From: an uncultured Sphaerobacteraceae bacterium
GTDB lineage: Bacteria > Chloroflexota > Chloroflexia > Thermomicrobiales > UBA6265
Length of the DNA stretch: 64,000 nt
Direction: 5' to 3'
Assembly (NCBI GenBank): GCA_964526965.1
Contig: CAZGML010000007.1
Coordinates: 14,658-78,657 of the forward strand
Shown here: piece after piece, positions 60,179-64,000 of the stretch
How positions within the stretch are numbered: position 1 is the first letter of the stretch
How the letters are laid out: each line of letters opens with the position of its first letter
The notes under the pieces: model-generated
Told to the model about the DNA's origin: nothing
The model's input: the letters and a program-made list of their open reading frames with translations, nothing else
Database searches by the model: none
Program-made: the position numbers and the translations under genes

Positions 60179-61093
60179 TCACGCGGAAAGCACAAATGCG
60201 AGGCCAAGAAGCAGGCTATGGACGAGGGCTGTTTTGCCGGTGAGACCAAGCGTTTTGTTTAGCGCCGGCCCCTGCAGGGTCTCCACCTGCTGGATCAGTT
60301 GAAGGAACATGGGCCAACTGAGCACGGTGAGCACCGCCCATCCGTTTAGCCAGCCAACCATCCAAAAAACGAATGGACTGAAGGCTGTAAGCGCGAGCAT
60401 AATGTAATACTCGATCCGCGTCTTTTTTGGGCCAATGCGCACGGCTACGGTGCGCTTGTTGACTTTCTCATCCTGCTCGCGATCACGATAGTTATTAATA
60501 ATGAGGATACCGACAATCATGGCGCCTGGCGGAATCGCCGCCGCCAACGAGAGAGCGGTGAGTTCGCCGGTCTGCAGGTAGGCAGTGCCGCTAACAGCGA
60601 TCAGGCCAAAAAAGAGGAAGACGAAGATCTCCCCCAGGCCCAGGTAGCTGATCGGAAACGGACCACCCGTGTACGCAACCGCGCAAATGAGGCTGGCAAT
60701 GCCGAGGAATACAAACGGCCAGCCACCCCGCACCAGTAACGGTATTCCCGTAACCGCCGCCATGGCCAATGTGAGCCAGGTCGCATTCATTACCTGGTTG
60801 TAGGTAACATAGCCGGCCGAGGTGATACGGAGCGGGCCGGTGCGATCGGCGGTGTCACTTCCCTTTTTCGCATCAATGGCATCGTTGGCGAAGTTCGCTG
60901 CGATCTGCAACAACAGCGCAGTTACCAGCGCCAGCAGCGCAACCCACCAGACAAACGCTCCCTCTCGCACGGCGACGCCGGTGCCGACCACAATCGGAGC
61001 CACGGCGGCCGGCAGGGTGCGCGGACGTGCGGCGAGAAACCAAATCTGCAGTTTTGACGGATGATCGGCGGCGGAGCCGACGGGAATACTCAT
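60179..61093 (-). CDS. menA: 1,4-dihydroxy-2-naphthoate polyprenyltransferase
   Basis: UbiA-family membrane protein. WFLAARPRTLPAAVAPIVVGTG, NFANDAIDAKKG, NNYRDREQDEKVNKRT. Confidence 0.92.
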   Translation of the reverse strand: MSIPVGSAADHPSKLQIWFLAARPRTLPAAVAPIVVGTGVAVREGAFVWWVALLALVTALLLQIAANFANDAIDAKKGSDTADRTGPLRITSAGYVTYNQVMNATWLTLAMAAVTGIPLLVRGGWPFVFLGIASLICAVAYTGGPFPISYLGLGEIFVFLFFGLIAVSGTAYLQTGELTALSLAAAIPPGAMIVGILIINNYRDREQDEKVNKRTVAVRIGPKKTRIEYYIMLALTAFSPFVFWMVGWLNGWAVLTVLSWPMFLQLIQQVETLQGPALNKTLGLTGKTALVHSLLLGLAFVLSA

Positions 61094-61935
61094 GTATTGT
61101 GGGATCCTGTTTCGCCGGGGTCGAGGTACTGCGCATCCAGAATGCGCGTTGCACCAACGGTGCCGGCCACAATCGCGTAATTACCGGTGGAGATTTCATC
61201 GACGGATTCGAACGAATCCGCGTCAACCATCGCCAGATAGTCTACCCGCAGCAGTGGTTGGGCGTTGAGGATCTCCTCACCGATGGTGATAAGCTTCGCG
61301 GCATCTCGTTCTCCGTTGGTTACTGCCTGCTGCACGGCAAACAGTGCCCGCGGAATCGCCACCGCGGCTGCCCGTTCTTCGTCCGACAGCGACGCGTGGT
61401 CGGAACTCAGCGGCAGTCCGTCTGGATCCCGCACGGTTACACAGGGAACAATCTCGCCACTCAGGGCCAAATCTCCGTGCATCTGTTGGATGATACGAAG
61501 TTGCTGTAAGTGCTTCTCACCGACATAGGTTCGAGTCGGCTGAAGCTGGTTCAGCAGGATCGCGAAATAGGCGGTCACGCGATCGAAGTGGCCCTTGCGG
61601 GCCTCGCCCTCCCAGTGCCTCCCGATAGATGGCACCCGCACCGATGTGCGGAACGAAGGAGGAAAGATCACTTCAGGATCCGGCTGGTAGAAGAGATGCG
61701 CGCCCGCCTCGCGGGCAAGGTCGATTTCTATTTCTGAAAGGTGGATGGGTTCTCCGGACGGATCGAAGAGCGCGACCACTGTCTCGTCGTTTTCCAGGTC
61801 GGATCGACGGATCAGGGAAACGTGCCCCTCATGGATCGAGCCCATAATCGGCACGACTCCAGTGGTAATGGCGCCAATGGTGGCATCGAGCACCTCGTCC
61901 GGCGTGGTGAATGTGCGTAGGCGACGTGGCCGCAT
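61090..61935 (-). CDS. panC: Pantoate--beta-alanine ligase
   Basis: GVVPIMGSIHEGHVSLIRRS (HxGH motif). 4-nt overlap with menA. Confidence 0.9.
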   Translation of the reverse strand: MRPRRLRTFTTPDEVLDATIGAITTGVVPIMGSIHEGHVSLIRRSDLENDETVVALFDPSGEPIHLSEIEIDLAREAGAHLFYQPDPEVIFPPSFRTSVRVPSIGRHWEGEARKGHFDRVTAYFAILLNQLQPTRTYVGEKHLQQLRIIQQMHGDLALSGEIVPCVTVRDPDGLPLSSDHASLSDEERAAAVAIPRALFAVQQAVTNGERDAAKLITIGEEILNAQPLLRVDYLAMVDADSFESVDEISTGNYAIVAGTVGATRILDAQYLDPGETGSHNT

Positions 61936-61937
61936 GG

Positions 61938-62975
61938 CTATACCTGTGGAGCGGGGTGGAAGCTTGGCGTGTAGCTGGATGCTTCCTTGGATTCACCAGT
62001 TTCGGGTCGATGTCCGTGTTCGTGCGCAGAGATCAGCCGGAGCATCATCAGGTTGTTGGGTACCGGCACGTTATGACGTCGGGCATGCCGTACCACTGCG
62101 CCATTGATCGCATCGATTTCGGTGCGCAATCCTTGCTGCAGATCTACATACATACTGGTATACGGATTTGCCGTAGAGAGGGCAAAGTTCTCCATTGTCT
62201 CAACCAACGTCTCGGTATGGAGGCGAACGCCTTCACTGGCAGCAACTGCCACAACCTCTTCAATAATCACCCGTGCGGCCTGTAACAGATCGGGGTCAAG
62301 GGCGACCATGCGAGTGGGCACGGAAGCAAGAGCCGTTGTTGGGTTGAGTGCGCAATTAACTGCGAGTTTACGCCACACCCAGCGGTGAATATCGGCGACT
62401 GCGTTGGTACGCCAGCCGTTATCGCGCAGGGTGTTGGCGAGGGCGGAGAGCTTGTCGTTGATTGCCGGGGTGCGTCTGCCGATGGCGGTGAGGCCATCAG
62501 TCGTGTGAGTCACCTTGCCGGGCGAGGTGCGAACGGCCGCCTGGGTGGTCACGCCCATCCAGATATGCGGTCGTACTCCGTTGTGTACAAGAACCTCTCG
62601 CAAGGCTTTTGCGTTGCCAAGGCCATTCTGCAGGGTAAGCACAACAGCATGTCGATCCAGATAGGGCGCAAGGGGTGCACAGGCCTCGCCGGTGGCCCAG
62701 GCCTTCACCAGTACGATCACGACATCGCTACCGGTAACGTCAGCAGGGTCGCTGGAAACCTCGAGCCGGATGTTGTTGGTTTGGCCATCGCGCTCGGTGA
62801 GGTCAAGCCCATGCTCACGGATTCTTTCCAGATGCTCCGACTGGCGACCATAAAGGAGCACGCGCTCGAGTTCTGGCGTCGCTCCGGGCTCTTCAGCGTG
62901 GTAATTCATGGAAGCGGTGAGACGTGCGGCCACGAGCGAGCCCATAGCGCCAGCTCCGACAACAGTGATCTTCAC
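61938..62975 (-). CDS. panE: 2-dehydropantoate 2-reductase
   Basis: Probable GTG start at 62975 (GGAGA upstream). VKITVVGAGAMGSLVAARL Rossmann fold. ...LQNGLGN..., ...SMYVDLQQGLRTEIDAINGAVV. The stop lies 3 nt before the panC start. Confidence 0.85.
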   Translation of the reverse strand: MKITVVGAGAMGSLVAARLTASMNYHAEEPGATPELERVLLYGRQSEHLERIREHGLDLTERDGQTNNIRLEVSSDPADVTGSDVVIVLVKAWATGEACAPLAPYLDRHAVVLTLQNGLGNAKALREVLVHNGVRPHIWMGVTTQAAVRTSPGKVTHTTDGLTAIGRRTPAINDKLSALANTLRDNGWRTNAVADIHRWVWRKLAVNCALNPTTALASVPTRMVALDPDLLQAARVIIEEVVAVAASEGVRLHTETLVETMENFALSTANPYTSMYVDLQQGLRTEIDAINGAVVRHARRHNVPVPNNLMMLRLISAHEHGHRPETGESKEASSYTPSFHPAPQV

Positions 62976-63074
62976 AAGGGCATCTCCACGGTTCGGTGAA
63001 CGATAAACATGGCCATATTGTCGCATTAATCAGAAGGGGGTGTAGCGGGCGAAAGGCAGCCGCGTACCTCATGC

Positions 63075-63086
63075 TGACACGTGTCA
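63075..63086. promoter_or_regulatory. 12-bp perfect palindrome in the panE / MetE-like divergent region
   Basis: TGACACGTGTCA read directly. About 100 nt upstream of the panE start and about 210 nt upstream of the MetE-like start. Confidence 0.35.
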
Positions 63087-63159
63087 CGGGGAATCGCGTT
63101 AACATTGATGTGGCAAGTCTCACGCGGGAAACTGGCCCGTGAAAGAAACGATAATCAGA

Positions 63160-63186
63160 TTGTAACTCGCTTCGTTTTCCTATAAT
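63160..63186 (+). promoter_or_regulatory. Weak sigma-70-type promoter candidate for the MetE-like gene
   Basis: TTGTAA (63160-63165), 15-nt spacer (short), TATAAT (63181-63186). Confidence 0.3.
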
Positions 63187-63296
63187 TGTGACCTTCACCA
63201 TGCATCGTCTTTAACAATGAAGACAAACATTCCCTTGAAAGCAGGTAATATGCTAGGAGGCGACTATTCTGTCGTAAGTAGCAGGAGTGATTCACT

Positions 63297-64000
63297 GTGA
63301 AGAACAGCAGTTCAAAAATTGAGGTTTCTCACGTAGGCAGTTTGCCGCGTCCAGATAAACTGCGTGAGGCCAACAAGAAACGTCTTGAGAACAACGGAGA
63401 ACTGGAAGGATTCGATGAGATCCTGGCCCAGTCCGTGAAAGACGTTGTCAAGAAGCAAAAGGATATCGGCATCACCATCCCGAATGATGGTGAGTACGGT
63501 AAAAGCATGAGCGGCAAGGTCGATTACGGCGCCTGGTGGAGCTACAGCTTCCAGCGACTCGGCGGCCTGGAGCTGCGCAATGAAGGCGTCGCCACCGGTA
63601 CCGAGCATGTAGAATCCAGCCCCGGTAACGTGCGGCTCACCAACTTCGCCAACCGGCGAGACTGGGTGAAGTTCGCTGATGCATATCAGGATCCCACCAG
63701 CGGAATCACCCTGAGCGACAGCGCCGAGGGTCCCATGCCACAGTTCCCGGTTGCCACCGGCCCGGTTACCTTTATTGGCCAGGAAGCCGTGCAGAGTGAC
63801 ATTGCCAACATGAAAGCGGCAATGGAAGCTAACGGCATGGATGAAGGCTTCATCACCTCCGTTGCACCAGGATCCGCTGCCCGTATCGGGAACGAGTACT
63901 ACGATACCGAAGAAGAGTTCATTTACGCCTGCGCCGACGCCCTGCGCGAGGAGTACAAGGCGATTGTGGATGCCGGCCTGATCCTTCAGCTCGATGATCC
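63297..64000 (+). CDS. Cobalamin-independent methionine synthase II (MetE C-terminal-domain-like) family protein, partial (runs off the right edge)
   Basis: Open-ended, so absent from the track. GTG at 63297 (AGGAG upstream). KIEVSHVGSLPRPDKLREANKK...QKDIGITIPNDGEYGK...FITSVAPGS...EEYKAIVDAGLILQLDD matches the MetE-like/UROD superfamily pattern. Confidence 0.78.
   Translation, partial: MKNSSSKIEVSHVGSLPRPDKLREANKKRLENNGELEGFDEILAQSVKDVVKKQKDIGITIPNDGEYGKSMSGKVDYGAWWSYSFQRLGGLELRNEGVATGTEHVESSPGNVRLTNFANRRDWVKFADAYQDPTSGITLSDSAEGPMPQFPVATGPVTFIGQEAVQSDIANMKAAMEANGMDEGFITSVAPGSAARIGNEYYDTEEEFIYACADALREEYKAIVDAGLILQLDD

Noticed and set aside
63124-63145. GCGGGAAACUGGCCCGUGAAAG resembles the SAM-I riboswitch core (GAGGGAcUGGCCCgaUGAAAC), upstream of a methionine-synthase-like gene
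   Set aside because: The remaining conserved elements (the CUUAUCAAGAG P1/P2 start, GCAACC, and the AAGGUGCUAA...AGAUGAG closing) are not visible. The fragment also lies upstream of the only TATAAT box. It is probably chance similarity, and only a covariance-model scan could rescue it.
1-64000. Whole-window scan for tRNA T-loop motifs (GGTTCGAATCC-like), rRNA, tmRNA/RNase P/SRP hallmarks, CRISPR repeats, transposase, integrase or phage genes, and terminal inverted repeats
   Set aside because: None were found by eye. The few GGTTCGA-like strings lie inside coding regions without acceptor or anticodon arm complements. Absence is provisional until tRNAscan-SE, Infernal and ISfinder-type searches are run.

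Overview
This is a GC-rich (judged by eye, not computed) bacterial chromosomal segment, densely coded on both strands. Ribosome-binding sites are strong GGAGG-type, Tat and Sec signal peptides are common, and many proteins are conspicuously acidic. Gene content (LCP protein, menaquinone genes, TIGR03083/DinB-like proteins, many family-5 peptide-binding proteins, an FGE and sulfatase pair) fits a Terrabacteria-type organism, possibly Chloroflexota- or Actinomycetota-like, but taxonomy cannot be settled from this window.

I could support about 59 protein-coding genes. Recognisable ones include:
- Nucleotide, cofactor and chromosome functions: purD, smc, ndk, dcd, a panE-panC-menA-ubiE operon, an Mrp/ApbC Fe-S carrier and a YggX-like protein.
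- Envelope, stress and redox functions: YceI, Hsp20, an LCP protein, a dynamin-like GTPase, a NirK-like copper protein, and a GMC oxidoreductase with a Tat-exported small subunit.
- Transport and hydrolysis: an FGE and sulfatase pair, plus two peptide-type ABC loci (three binding proteins, four permeases, no ATPase) flanked by a DppA D-aminopeptidase and a cytoplasmic class-A beta-lactamase-like hydrolase.

I found no rRNA, tRNA, CRISPR array, transposase, integrase or prophage genes.

Observations most worth a second look:
1. A solitary 858-aa SF1/UvrD-like helicase (42620-45196) is fused to a DUF4145-like module ending in the HEPN signature RNQALH, followed by about 190 aa I cannot assign. 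It is a candidate single-gene defence or RNA-targeting system.
2. Four tandem genes (14349-18182) encode five copies of an unassigned secreted acidic domain ending in G-[ST]-[ST]-G-G-x-[WF]-[DE]. A sixth copy sits at the left edge of the window.
3. A second secreted paralog pair (3033-5585) has a two-Cys repeat domain and a conserved EITRT[PS]RTG linker motif. It lies divergent from the dynamin-like GTPase.
4. The FGE has CTPSR, the sulfatase modification motif, at its own extreme N-terminus.
5. An MNT antitoxin is paired with a truncated HEPN toxin remnant.
6. A 920-nt non-coding, hairpin-rich gap lies between convergent genes.

All functional calls rest on motif and family recognition by eye. 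No database search was run.
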